Source: Mycobacteriales bacterium
GTDB taxonomy: Bacteria > Actinomycetota > Actinomycetes > JAFAQI01
Reading direction: 5' to 3'
NCBI GenBank assembly: GCA_035695245.1
Contig: DASSEQ010000054.1
Location: 731 to 64,730 of the forward strand
Length of the DNA stretch: 64,000 nucleotides
The notes beneath the pieces were generated by a model, which was not told where the DNA came from, did not search any database, and saw only the letters and a list, made by a program, of their open reading frames with translations. Shown here in pieces: positions 55,121 through 63,589 of the stretch; position 1 is the first letter of the stretch, and each line of letters begins with the position of its first letter. The position numbers were made by a program, and so were the translations under genes.

Positions 55121-55660
55121 ATGGGCAACCGACCCACGAGCGACGCCGGACGGTTCCGCACCGTTCCGGAGCGGAGCCCGGAGTTCGCGCACCTGTCGTT
55201 GGACGGGCTGCGCGCCTACCGGCGCGCGCTTTCGGCGGAAGAGGGCCGCGTGTCCTACTGGCGCCGCATCGTTCAGGCGCGTCTCGACCTGGTGCGCACG
55301 GCCGAAAGCGGTGTCGTCAATCCGGTGGAGAACCTGAGGGAAGTGCTCGCCGACGCCCGAGTGGACGGTGGGCGACGCGCACTGCTGACAGTCCTTCCGG
55401 ACGACGACATGCCTCCGTTGCCGGATCTCGCCGAGGTCTACGGCCGCGAACTCGTCCCGGGTGACGACGAGGCCAACCATCGGCTGGCGCACGACCTCAG
55501 CCGAGCCGAGGCGCAGCTGTCCAGCTACCGGACCGCGCTGCACAAGCGCCTGTCCGCAGCGACGGGTGAGCTCATCGCCCGTTACCGCGAGCAGCCTGCG
55601 CTTTGCCTGACCGCCCTGCCGATCATGCGTACGTCGTCGGAGAACGCCATCACGGCCTGA
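55121..55660 (+). CDS. RsiG-like helical protein carrying the c-di-GMP-binding motif E-x3-S-x2-R-x3-Q-x3-D
   Basis: Track ORF 55115..55660 with ATG 55121 (GGAGAG SD at 5-nt spacing), 179 aa. E41-GRV-S45-YW-R48-RIV-Q52-ARL-D56 matches exactly. A second partial copy is E130-AQL-S134-SY-R137-TAL-H141-KRL-S145. Confidence 0.6.
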   Translation: MGNRPTSDAGRFRTVPERSPEFAHLSLDGLRAYRRALSAEEGRVSYWRRIVQARLDLVRTAESGVVNPVENLREVLADARVDGGRRALLTVLPDDDMPPLPDLAEVYGRELVPGDDEANHRLAHDLSRAEAQLSSYRTALHKRLSAATGELIARYREQPALCLTALPIMRTSSENAITA

Positions 55661-55710
55661 CCGAGGAACGAAAGTCGCGCCCAGTGCGGCCGGTGGGAGA
55701 GACTGCATCC

Positions 55711-56385
55711 GTGGACGGCGCACTCGCGACCTTGCCGCTCTTCGCCGCGCTTGACGAGGAAGCGGCAGAGGTCCTCGGCAACGCGATGACCTCGCGTGCC
55801 CTTGTGCGCGGGCACGTCGTGTTCCGCGAAGGCGACACGGGCGATCGTCTGTTCGTCGTGCTCGACGGCAAGGTGAAGATCTCGCGTGCCTCGTCGGACG
55901 GCAGGGAGAACCTGCTCGCCGTTCTCGGACCGGGCGAGATGTTCGGTGAGCTGTCGTTGTTCGACCCGGGGCCGCGTACGGCGACAGCGACCGCTATCAC
56001 CGACTGCACGCTGGCGTCGCTGGATCATGACGATATGCGACCGGTGCTCTTCGAGCGGCCGGGTGTTGCCGTCAACTTGTTACGTGCGCTGGCCGAACGC
56101 CTACGTCGTACCAACGAAGCGATGGCCGACCTCGTGTTCAGCGACGTGCCGGGCCGCGTCGCAAAGGCCTTGCTCGACCTGGCGGACAAGTTCGGTGAGG
56201 ACGAAGACGACGGCACGCGGGTGCGGCACGACCTGACGCAGGAAGAGCTCGCGCAGTTCGTCGGTGCCAGCCGCGAAACGGTCAACAAGGCGCTCTCGGA
56301 GTTTGCCAACCGCGGGTGGCTTCGCATCGAAGGGCGCACCGTCGTGCTGATTGCGCGAGATCGCCTCGCCCGCCGCGCCCGCTGA
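55711..56385 (+). CDS. crp: cAMP receptor protein (CRP/FNR family transcriptional regulator)
   Basis: Track ORF 55603..56385 trimmed to GTG 55711 (VDGALATLPLF..). It is collinear, as I recall it, with mycobacterial Crp (..GDRLFVVLDGKVKISR..GRENLLAVLGPGEMFGELSLFDPGPRTATA..TQEELAQFVGASRETVNKAL..ARRAR). Confidence 0.93.
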   Translation: MDGALATLPLFAALDEEAAEVLGNAMTSRALVRGHVVFREGDTGDRLFVVLDGKVKISRASSDGRENLLAVLGPGEMFGELSLFDPGPRTATATAITDCTLASLDHDDMRPVLFERPGVAVNLLRALAERLRRTNEAMADLVFSDVPGRVAKALLDLADKFGEDEDDGTRVRHDLTQEELAQFVGASRETVNKALSEFANRGWLRIEGRTVVLIARDRLARRAR

Positions 56386-56391
56386 TAGTTG

Positions 56392-59300
56392 TCAGGACTT
56401 TCGCACAGCGACCTTGTCGGCCGACCCTGACAGCTCGTTGAGCAGGCGATGTGACGCGTCTCGTTCCGCGCGCATCTCCGTGGCCTCGGCCAACGCAACG
56501 GCCTGCCGCGCCGCCATCACACCTGCCGGCGCATCACCTGCCCGGGTGAGGCATTGCGCGAGCACGCGGAGAGCAACTACCCGCGAACGCACGTCTTCTG
56601 CCGCCACCGACAACGCTTGCTGTGACGTGCGCACGGCAGCGGAGACGTCACCGCTCGCGAGCAGCGCCCCGGCTAGATGGGCCAGCGCCTGCCGGCGGGG
56701 GAACACCAGCGTGCCCTCGTCCTCGACCGCAGCCGCCTGCTCGAGCAACGGCAACGCTTCGTCCAGCCGGCCTCGCGCGCGAAAGACTTGGGCCAGGAGC
56801 ACATGCGGACCGATGAACGCCGGCGCGCGCAGCTCCAGCCCGGTGACGACTGCGATCGCTTCCCGGGCCGTGCGCTCCGCACCCTCGAGATCGCCGACGT
56901 CGAGCCAGCAGTAACCAAGGGCGGCGAGCGCGAGCGCGCCGCTCGCCGGCTGTGCGGACTCGACGGATATCCGCACCGCCTCTTGGAGTGAAGCGATTGC
57001 TTCCTCGTATCGCATGTCCGCGCGCAGAGCCGCGCCGCGGGCGACGAGGGCAAGGCTCTGGCCCCACGTGTCGCCCACAGCACGGAAGATCTCCTCGGCG
57101 TCTGAGATCTCGGCGAGTGCCGTGCTCACCCAGCCGAGCTCCGCCGCGGCGTATGCGTCGATGGTGAGACACGCGGCAGTGCCCCACTCGTCGCCCATGG
57201 CCTGTCCGATCGTGAGCAGCCCACGGGCCAGGTCGCGTGCAGCGTTCAGCCGGCCTTGCAGCAACCGGACGAACGCTTCGGTGCCGGCACACCATGAAAG
57301 CCCGCCTTCGTCATCGAGGCTCGCGAACACTTCAGCGGCTTCGGCCAGCATCAACTCGGCGAGTGCATAGTCGCCGCGCGTGGTCGCGCTCCAGGCAAGG
57401 TGCTGCAGCGCCCAGCCGGCGCCGCGGCGGTCACCCACCCGCTGGGCGAGCGCCAACGCTTCCCGGAAGCGTCCTTCGGCTGCGGTCAACTTGCCGCTGC
57501 GGTAGTCGATCATTCCGAGCTGCCGCAGTGCCTCCGAGGTGACGCGGTCGACGCCGGCCTCGCTCGCGGCAGCGAGAGCCGACACAAGCGCTTGGGTTGC
57601 ACCGTTGAGGTCGCCGCGACGACGACGGATGTCGCCGAGCACGACCAACGCCGATGCGCGGCGGCGCTGGTCGTTGGACTGTTGCGGGACCTCGAGGTCT
57701 GCTTCGGCGTCGTCCAGCCGGTGCAGCGCCACCCGGGCCGCAGCTCGACCAACTCTGGCGTCGAGCACCGGCGGACCGGTGACAGCGTCGTCGGCAAGCT
57801 GCACTGCGCGGGTGAAGACCGACTCCGCGCGCCGGTTGTCGTCACGCGCCAAGGCGGCTTGACCGAGCCGCACCAGCGCACCGACACCCGCTTCCCGTGC
57901 CGCCCATGCCGGATCATCGTCCGGCAGGCGCATCTCCGTTGCCAGCCGCACCGCCTGCTCGACCTGCGTCGCCACCACGGCATCCACATCGGCGGTGCTG
58001 AGCCGGAGGTGTTCGACCGCCCAGCGGGCCAGCTGGGCGTGCCGTCTTGCCCGCTCCGCCTTCGCAATGCCGGCGTAGGTCACGTCCTGGGCCAAGGTGT
58101 GCGCGAACGTGTACCAACAGGTGGCATCGCCGTCGCCACCGGCCGGCCGCACGATGCCGCGGGCGATGAGCTGGTCCACCGCGGATTGGACTGCCGTCTC
58201 GTCGAGCGACGTCGCGAGTGCGGCCACCATCTCGGTCGTGAAACGCGTGCCGACGATCGCCGCATCGCGGAGGACCGTCTTCGCCGCCGCGTCCAACGTG
58301 TCGAACCGCGCGGCGAGCACGGCTTGCACACCGGCGGGCAGGATGTCGCGCGGTAGCTCCCCCGACAACCGCCAGTCCTCGCCGACCCGGCGAAGCAAAC
58401 CGCGGTCCACCAACAGATGCAACAGCTCGGCAAGAAAGAACGGATTGCCCTGCGCACGGGCCAGCAGCACATCGCGAGTCGGAGCGTCGAGTTCCGCGCC
58501 ACCGAGGTAAGCCCGGAGCAGTCGCTCCGCAGCGCTCTCGTCGAGCGGCGCGAGTGGCAGCACTTCAAGCGACGGAAGTCGCTCCCACCAGTCCTGTCCC
58601 AGCACCTCGGAACGGCCCGCTGCCACCAGCAGCACCGGCCCGGGCAATGTCAAGGCGAGGTCGGCCATCGTGCGCAGGACATCGGGCGCTGCCCACTGCG
58701 CATCGTCGACGACGAGGACCAGTGGGCCATCGGCGACGACTGCCGCAAGCACTGACGTCACGGCTTCGACGAACGGGTCGCGCGACGAGCCGCTGCCACC
58801 CGGAGTCGCGTTGTCGCGAGGACCGAGCGGCGCCCACTCGACCAAGCCGAGAAGTGTGAGGAGCCGGTCAACGGTCGCCGCGGAGATGGCGCGCTCCGGC
58901 TGCGAGCGGGAGAGTCTGGCAATGGTTCGACGTGCCTTCGACTCCGCAGTCGGCACGTCATCGGCATCGGTGATGCCGAACACCGTGCGGACCCACTCGG
59001 CCAACGGGGCCAGCTCACGCCCCTCGCCGAACGGTGTGCACCGGCCCCACAGCAGACGCACCACGGGAAGCTCGGTCGAGAAACGGTCGAGCTCCACGAG
59101 CAACCGCGTCTTGCCGACGCCGGCTTCACCAGTGACGACGATCGATTCGGGACGACCGCTTTCGACGACGTCGAGCAACTTGCCGACGAGCCGACCGAAC
59201 TCTGCGTCGCGACCGATGAACGGCGCCTCGTCGCCGAGGCCGACCCGCACGGCACCGGGCGGACGCAAGCCGACGAGTTCGTACGCCGGCACCGGTTCGC

Positions 59301-59931
59301 GCTTCCCCTTCAGACGCAGCGGTGGCAACGCCCGCCAAGAGGCGAGTGACATCGTGGCCAGCGCGGTGTCGCGACCGGCGAAGATGGCGCCGATGCCAGC
59401 GGCGTCTGACAACCGCGACGCAGTGTTGACCGTGTCGCCGACAACTGTGTAGGCAAGGTGTGCCTGCACACCCGCGAGCACCTCGCCGGTGTTGAGGCCG
59501 ACGCGAAGCCCCATGCGACGCCCGCCGCCCGCTTCCTCTTCCATCAACTGGCGGACTTCACGCTGCATCTCTGCAGCAGCACGCACGGCGCGCTCGGCGT
59601 CGTCCTCGTGCGCCGTGGGCGCGCCGAAGACCGCCATGATCCCGTCACCGGTGAGCTTGTCGACACGACCGCCGATCTCCAACGTGATGCGAGACAGTGC
59701 CGCCAACACGCGGTCCGTGACGACACCGACGCGCTCAGGATCGAGGTCTTCGGCCCATGCGGTGAAGTCGGAGAGGTCACCAAAGAGCACTGTGACGATG
59801 CGACGCTCGGCCGTGGCGTCGGTGACACCCGCAACTTCGAGGGCAGCGCCGCAGTTGTGACAAAACTTCGCTCCCGGCACCGGCGGTGTGCCGCACACCG
59901 GGCATACGAGTGGGCCGGGCGGTTGCGTCAC
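56392..59931 (-). CDS. multidomain signalling protein: zinc ribbon + class III adenylate cyclase + AAA/STAND-type ATPase + TPR array (no HTH)
   Basis: Track ORF, 1179 aa. CPVCGTPPVPGAKFCHNCG, then a cyclase core (VLFGDLSDFT, VDKLTGDGIMAVFG, YTVVGDTVNTASRL). P-loop VVTGEAGVGKTRLL, then long TPR-like repeats to the C-terminus. Confidence 0.88.
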   Translation of the reverse strand: MTQPPGPLVCPVCGTPPVPGAKFCHNCGAALEVAGVTDATAERRIVTVLFGDLSDFTAWAEDLDPERVGVVTDRVLAALSRITLEIGGRVDKLTGDGIMAVFGAPTAHEDDAERAVRAAAEMQREVRQLMEEEAGGGRRMGLRVGLNTGEVLAGVQAHLAYTVVGDTVNTASRLSDAAGIGAIFAGRDTALATMSLASWRALPPLRLKGKREPVPAYELVGLRPPGAVRVGLGDEAPFIGRDAEFGRLVGKLLDVVESGRPESIVVTGEAGVGKTRLLVELDRFSTELPVVRLLWGRCTPFGEGRELAPLAEWVRTVFGITDADDVPTAESKARRTIARLSRSQPERAISAATVDRLLTLLGLVEWAPLGPRDNATPGGSGSSRDPFVEAVTSVLAAVVADGPLVLVVDDAQWAAPDVLRTMADLALTLPGPVLLVAAGRSEVLGQDWWERLPSLEVLPLAPLDESAAERLLRAYLGGAELDAPTRDVLLARAQGNPFFLAELLHLLVDRGLLRRVGEDWRLSGELPRDILPAGVQAVLAARFDTLDAAAKTVLRDAAIVGTRFTTEMVAALATSLDETAVQSAVDQLIARGIVRPAGGDGDATCWYTFAHTLAQDVTYAGIAKAERARRHAQLARWAVEHLRLSTADVDAVVATQVEQAVRLATEMRLPDDDPAWAAREAGVGALVRLGQAALARDDNRRAESVFTRAVQLADDAVTGPPVLDARVGRAAARVALHRLDDAEADLEVPQQSNDQRRRASALVVLGDIRRRRGDLNGATQALVSALAAASEAGVDRVTSEALRQLGMIDYRSGKLTAAEGRFREALALAQRVGDRRGAGWALQHLAWSATTRGDYALAELMLAEAAEVFASLDDEGGLSWCAGTEAFVRLLQGRLNAARDLARGLLTIGQAMGDEWGTAACLTIDAYAAAELGWVSTALAEISDAEEIFRAVGDTWGQSLALVARGAALRADMRYEEAIASLQEAVRISVESAQPASGALALAALGYCWLDVGDLEGAERTAREAIAVVTGLELRAPAFIGPHVLLAQVFRARGRLDEALPLLEQAAAVEDEGTLVFPRRQALAHLAGALLASGDVSAAVRTSQQALSVAAEDVRSRVVALRVLAQCLTRAGDAPAGVMAARQAVALAEATEMRAERDASHRLLNELSGSADKVAVRKS

Positions 59932-60695
59932 GTGTCGACGGCGAGGTAGTCGAGTTGCGCGCGCACTGAGAGCTCAGCCGCGGGCCACAACGCTTGGTCG
60001 ACGTCGGAGTAGACGCGACGCACTACTGCCTTGGCGTCCTCGTCGCCTGCTGCGACCGCTGCGCGCACCTGCTCGAGTCGCTCCTGTCGATGCTTCAAGT
60101 AGTAGTCGAGCACCCCGATCGGACTGCTCAACACCGGCCCGTGGCCTGGGAGCAGCACGTCGACAGACGCGTCGGCCAGATCGCGAAGACGTTGCAGCGA
60201 CTCGAGATAGTCACCGAGCTTGCCGTCCGGATGCGCAACAACTGTCGTGCCGCGGCCGAGCACGGTGTCTCCGGTAAGCAGCGCGCGGTCCTCCGACAAC
60301 AGCAAGCACACCGAGTCGCTGCTGTGTCCCGGCGTGAGCACGCTGACCCACTCCACCCCTTCCACCGGTCTGGCCCGACCGGCCTCAATCGGCTCGACGC
60401 CCATGCACCAGGCGGGGTCACGAGCGAGCACCGGGGCACCGGTCATCTCCCGCAACCGGGCGGCGCCTTCGGAGTGGTCGAGATGGCCATGCGTGAGCAC
60501 GATCAACGCGACCGGTCCGTGGTCTGCGACCCGGGACAAGTGCGCCTCGTCGAGTGGGCCCGGATCCACGACAACGCATCGTTGTTCGCCGGGTTCGCGC
60601 AGGACCCACGTGTTGGTGCCGTCGAGCGTCATCGGGCTGGGGTTCGGAGCGAGCAGCCGCATCGCTCGGGTCGTGGCTTGCTCGAGAGTGCTCAC
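59928..60695 (-). CDS. MBL-fold metallo-hydrolase
   Basis: Track ORF. THGHLDHSEGA metal motif and later LLPGHG. GTGA overlaps at both ends. Confidence 0.85.
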   Translation of the reverse strand: MSTLEQATTRAMRLLAPNPSPMTLDGTNTWVLREPGEQRCVVVDPGPLDEAHLSRVADHGPVALIVLTHGHLDHSEGAARLREMTGAPVLARDPAWCMGVEPIEAGRARPVEGVEWVSVLTPGHSSDSVCLLLSEDRALLTGDTVLGRGTTVVAHPDGKLGDYLESLQRLRDLADASVDVLLPGHGPVLSSPIGVLDYYLKHRQERLEQVRAAVAAGDEDAKAVVRRVYSDVDQALWPAAELSVRAQLDYLAVDT

Positions 60696-61549
60696 TGGCG
60701 CGGATAGGCCTCGTCGTGTGGCAGCAACAAACGCGCTTCCTCGTCGTCGCCGACAACGAGCTTGGGAAGCACCGGTTTGATGTCACGAGCACTGCCCGCG
60801 GCGAGCACCGCCGCGACATCGTCGTACGACGCCACCTCCGACAACGTGAACGCCGTGGGCGGCAGCATGCCCATCTCGCCCTTGTCCGCGGCGTCGAGCG
60901 CCTCCCGAGGACGGACCCAGGCGACCTTGTCCGCCTCACCGCCGACGTCGCGCGTGCGCTGCCCCGCCGGCAGAGCGGCCACGAAGAACCGAGTGTCATA
61001 GCGCTTCGGCTCGAACTCAGGAGTGATCCAGTGCGCCCATGGGCGCAACAGGTCGGCGCGGAGCACCAGCCCGCGACGATCGAGCATCGCGGCGAAGGAA
61101 AGGCTGCGGTCGACGAGCGCGACGCGGTCGCTCTCCCACTCGTCTCCGGTCGTGTCGGCAACGACGTCGTCCGGACCGGCGCCGGCGAGCAGCACTCCCG
61201 ACTCCTCGAACGTCTCCCGCACGGCGGCACACACGAGAGCCTTGGTGAGCGCTTCGTCTGCGCTCAGCAACCCGGCCCATGCAGCAGGTGGCGGCCCGGC
61301 CCAATGGTCGTCGGCGAGCGCCTCGTCCCGAGGGTCGACCGACCCACCGGGGAAGACGTACATGCCGGCGGCGAACGCCATGGTCCGAGTCCGGCGCAGC
61401 AGATACGACTGCATGCCGTCGGCCGCGTCGCGCAGCAAGATCACCGTCGCCGCATGCTTGGGTTCGGTGGCAGCGACCTCGCCGGTGGCGAGTGCCCGCG
61501 CGTGCGCCACGAACTCCTTCGGCAACCGCCGGCTCGACTCGCCAGACAT
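60692..61549 (-). CDS. NUDIX-family hydrolase (interrupted Nudix box)
   Basis: Track ORF. FPGGSVDPRDE ... AAVRETFEESGVLL. Confidence 0.7.
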   Translation of the reverse strand: MSGESSRRLPKEFVAHARALATGEVAATEPKHAATVILLRDAADGMQSYLLRRTRTMAFAAGMYVFPGGSVDPRDEALADDHWAGPPPAAWAGLLSADEALTKALVCAAVRETFEESGVLLAGAGPDDVVADTTGDEWESDRVALVDRSLSFAAMLDRRGLVLRADLLRPWAHWITPEFEPKRYDTRFFVAALPAGQRTRDVGGEADKVAWVRPREALDAADKGEMGMLPPTAFTLSEVASYDDVAAVLAAGSARDIKPVLPKLVVGDDEEARLLLPHDEAYPRQ

Positions 61550-62019
61550 CAGCTGCCGCTCCTGACCTCGACGACGACCTCCACCTCGACCGGCGCGTCG
61601 AGGGGCAACACCGCGACACCGACAGCGCTCCGAGCATGCTTGCCGACGTCGCCGAAGACCTCACCGAGCAGCTCGCTCGCACCGTTGATCACTCCCGGCT
61701 GACCAAAGAAGCCGACAGCGCTGGCCACGAACCCGACCACCTTCACCACACGCTCGACGTTGTCGAGACCGCCCGCGACCGCATCGATCGCGGCGAGCGC
61801 GTTGAGCGCGCAGGTGCGCGCAAGCTCCTTGGCCGTCGCGGGATCGACTTCTTGGCCGACCTTGCCGGTGACCGCAAGCTTGCCGTCGACCATCGGCACC
61901 TGACCTGATGTCCACACGAGGTTGCCGCTTCGCACCGCGGGGACGTAGGCGGCGACCGGCGCCACGACCGGTGGCAGCGTGACGCCGAGCTCGGCGAGCC
62001 GCTGCGAGGGGGTGGTCAC
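61549..62019 (-). CDS. RidA/YjgF-family protein
   Basis: Track ORF. GNLVWTSGQVP ... RSAVGVAVLPLDAPVEVEVVVEV, typical of RidA-like proteins. GTG start in a GTGA overlap with the upstream small ORF. Confidence 0.85.
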   Translation of the reverse strand: MTTPSQRLAELGVTLPPVVAPVAAYVPAVRSGNLVWTSGQVPMVDGKLAVTGKVGQEVDPATAKELARTCALNALAAIDAVAGGLDNVERVVKVVGFVASAVGFFGQPGVINGASELLGEVFGDVGKHARSAVGVAVLPLDAPVEVEVVVEVRSGS

Positions 62020-62174
62020 TGCTTGGGGCGCTTCAGGTAAGCGACGAGCTGCTCACCGCCACCCGGACCCGGAACGACCTGGACGAGCTCCCAGCCGTCC
62101 TCGCCCCAGTTGTCGAGGATCTGCTTGGTCGCGTGAACCAGCAGCGGGACGGTGGCGTACTCCCACTTCTGCAC
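62016..62174 (-). CDS. DUF4177-like small protein (52 aa), absent from the ORF track
   Basis: Hand translation from GTG 62174: VQKWEYATVPLLVHATKQILDNWGEDGWELVQVVPGPGGGEQLVAYLKRPKQ*. An in-frame stop lies 3 codons upstream of the GTG. The TGA overlaps the RidA GTG. Confidence 0.7.
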   Translation of the reverse strand: MQKWEYATVPLLVHATKQILDNWGEDGWELVQVVPGPGGGEQLVAYLKRPKQ

Positions 62175-62223
62175 AGGCCGACCCTAATGAGGGCGGGCCT
62201 GCTGAGCGTGACGCGGGCCTTCG

Positions 62224-62541
62224 TCAGGCGCTCTCTGCGCGGCGGCGGCGAAGGAGGCGCTTGCGCTCGAGCTCGTTCAGACCGCCCCAGATGCCGTGGC
62301 CCTCCTCGACCTGGATCGAGTAGTCGAGGCACTGCTTTTGCACCTTGCAGCGGCGGCAGAGCGCCCTGGCCGTGCCTTCACGCAGGTCCTTCTCGGGCTT
62401 GCGCTCGAAGTGACTCGGGGCGAAGAAGAAGACGGCGTTCTCACCGCGACATTCCGCCTGGGCTCGCCATGTGTACTCGTCGTACATGCCGCCGTGCCCT
62501 CCGGTCTGGGATTCGGTCCGCGTTGTTGTGGTGTTCGCCAC
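62224..62541 (-). CDS. WhiB-family [4Fe-4S] transcriptional regulator (WblA/WhiB4-like by context)
   Basis: Track ORF (GTG 62541; ATG 62487 alternative). Four Cys (AEC, LCRRC, QC), GIWGG turn and basic tail KRLLRRRR. Confidence 0.85.
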   Translation of the reverse strand: MANTTTTRTESQTGGHGGMYDEYTWRAQAECRGENAVFFFAPSHFERKPEKDLREGTARALCRRCKVQKQCLDYSIQVEEGHGIWGGLNELERKRLLRRRRAESA

Positions 62542-62608
62542 AAGCCCTGAGGACTCCTGCTGACAATTTGTCGGTTTCTCGCCGGTAACCTGTGGCTAGC
62601 CTTCGACC

Positions 62609-63589
62609 GTGGAAGATTTCGCCGGTGTGACGCTTCATGTCGTCTCCGGCAAGGGCGGCACAGGCAAGACCACGGTCGCCGCGGCCCTCGCCCTGGGCCT
62701 GGCCCGGGCCGGACGGCAGGTGCTGCTCACGGAGGTCGAGGGCCGCCAAGGCATCGCCCAGCTCTTCGACACGGCCCCACTTCCCTACGAGGAGCGCCGG
62801 GTCGCCACGGGTGCGGGCGGCGGGGAGGTCTACGCGCTCGCGGTGGACCCGGAAGCGGCGCTCATCGAATACCTGGAGATGTTCTACAACCTGCGCCGAG
62901 CCGGTTCGGCACTGAAACGACTCGGCGCCATCGACTTCGCGACGACCATCGCCCCGGGCCTGCGTGACGTGCTGCTGACCGGGAAGGTGATGGAGGCCGC
63001 GACCAGAGCCCGCCGCGGCGGCGGACGCATCTACGACGCGGTCGTCCTCGACGCCCCGCCAACGGGCCGGATCGCGCGCTTCCTCAACGTCAACAGCGAA
63101 GTGGCCGGACTCGCCCGCATGGGCCCGGTGCGTCAGCAGGCGGACAGCGTCATGAACGTGCTGCGCTCGCGCCAGACCACCGTGCACCTCGTGACCTTGC
63201 TCGAGGAGATGCCGGTCCAGGAGACCATCGACGCGGTCGCCGAGCTCGAACAAGCACGGCTGCCGGTCGGCGCCGTGCTGGTCAACATGGTGCGCGAGCC
63301 GCTGCTGCCGGCGGCAAAGCTCGGCGCAGCCGCCGCGGGTGAGCTCGATCGGGACGAGCTTGCCCGAGGCCTCAAGTCGGCCGGGCTGGACGTCACTGAC
63401 GCGATGCTCAGCGCACTGGCCGGCGAGGTCGCCGAGCACGCCGGCCGGCTCCTGCTGGAACAGCGCGAACGCGACGAGCTCTTCGGACTGCATCGCCCGA
63501 TGGTCGAGCTCCCACTGCTGCCCGATGCCGCGGAGATGTCCGGCCTGTACGAGCTCGCCAGCTGCCTCGAGGAGGGTCTGCTCTCGTGA
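62609..63589 (+). CDS. ArsA/GET3-family ATPase (Rv3679-like)
   Basis: Track ORF. Deviant Walker [19 protein letters not shown]. Confidence 0.85.
   Translation: MEDFAGVTLHVVSGKGGTGKTTVAAALALGLARAGRQVLLTEVEGRQGIAQLFDTAPLPYEERRVATGAGGGEVYALAVDPEAALIEYLEMFYNLRRAGSALKRLGAIDFATTIAPGLRDVLLTGKVMEAATRARRGGGRIYDAVVLDAPPTGRIARFLNVNSEVAGLARMGPVRQQADSVMNVLRSRQTTVHLVTLLEEMPVQETIDAVAELEQARLPVGAVLVNMVREPLLPAAKLGAAAAGELDRDELARGLKSAGLDVTDAMLSALAGEVAEHAGRLLLEQRERDELFGLHRPMVELPLLPDAAEMSGLYELASCLEEGLLS

Noticed and set aside
55711-59931. Cyclase plus cNMP-binding protein as a Pycsar/CBASS-like anti-phage module
   Set aside because: The cNMP-binding protein is a full CRP with an HTH, collinear with housekeeping mycobacterial Crp. 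The cyclase has the adenylate-type Lys and the Rv0386-like cyclase-ATPase architecture. No effector (TIR, TM or nuclease) is present.
62033-62332. 99-aa minus-strand track ORF between RidA and whiB
   Set aside because: Its composition is Arg/Ser/Pro junk. It overlaps the well-formed 52-codon DUF4177-like ORF in another frame.
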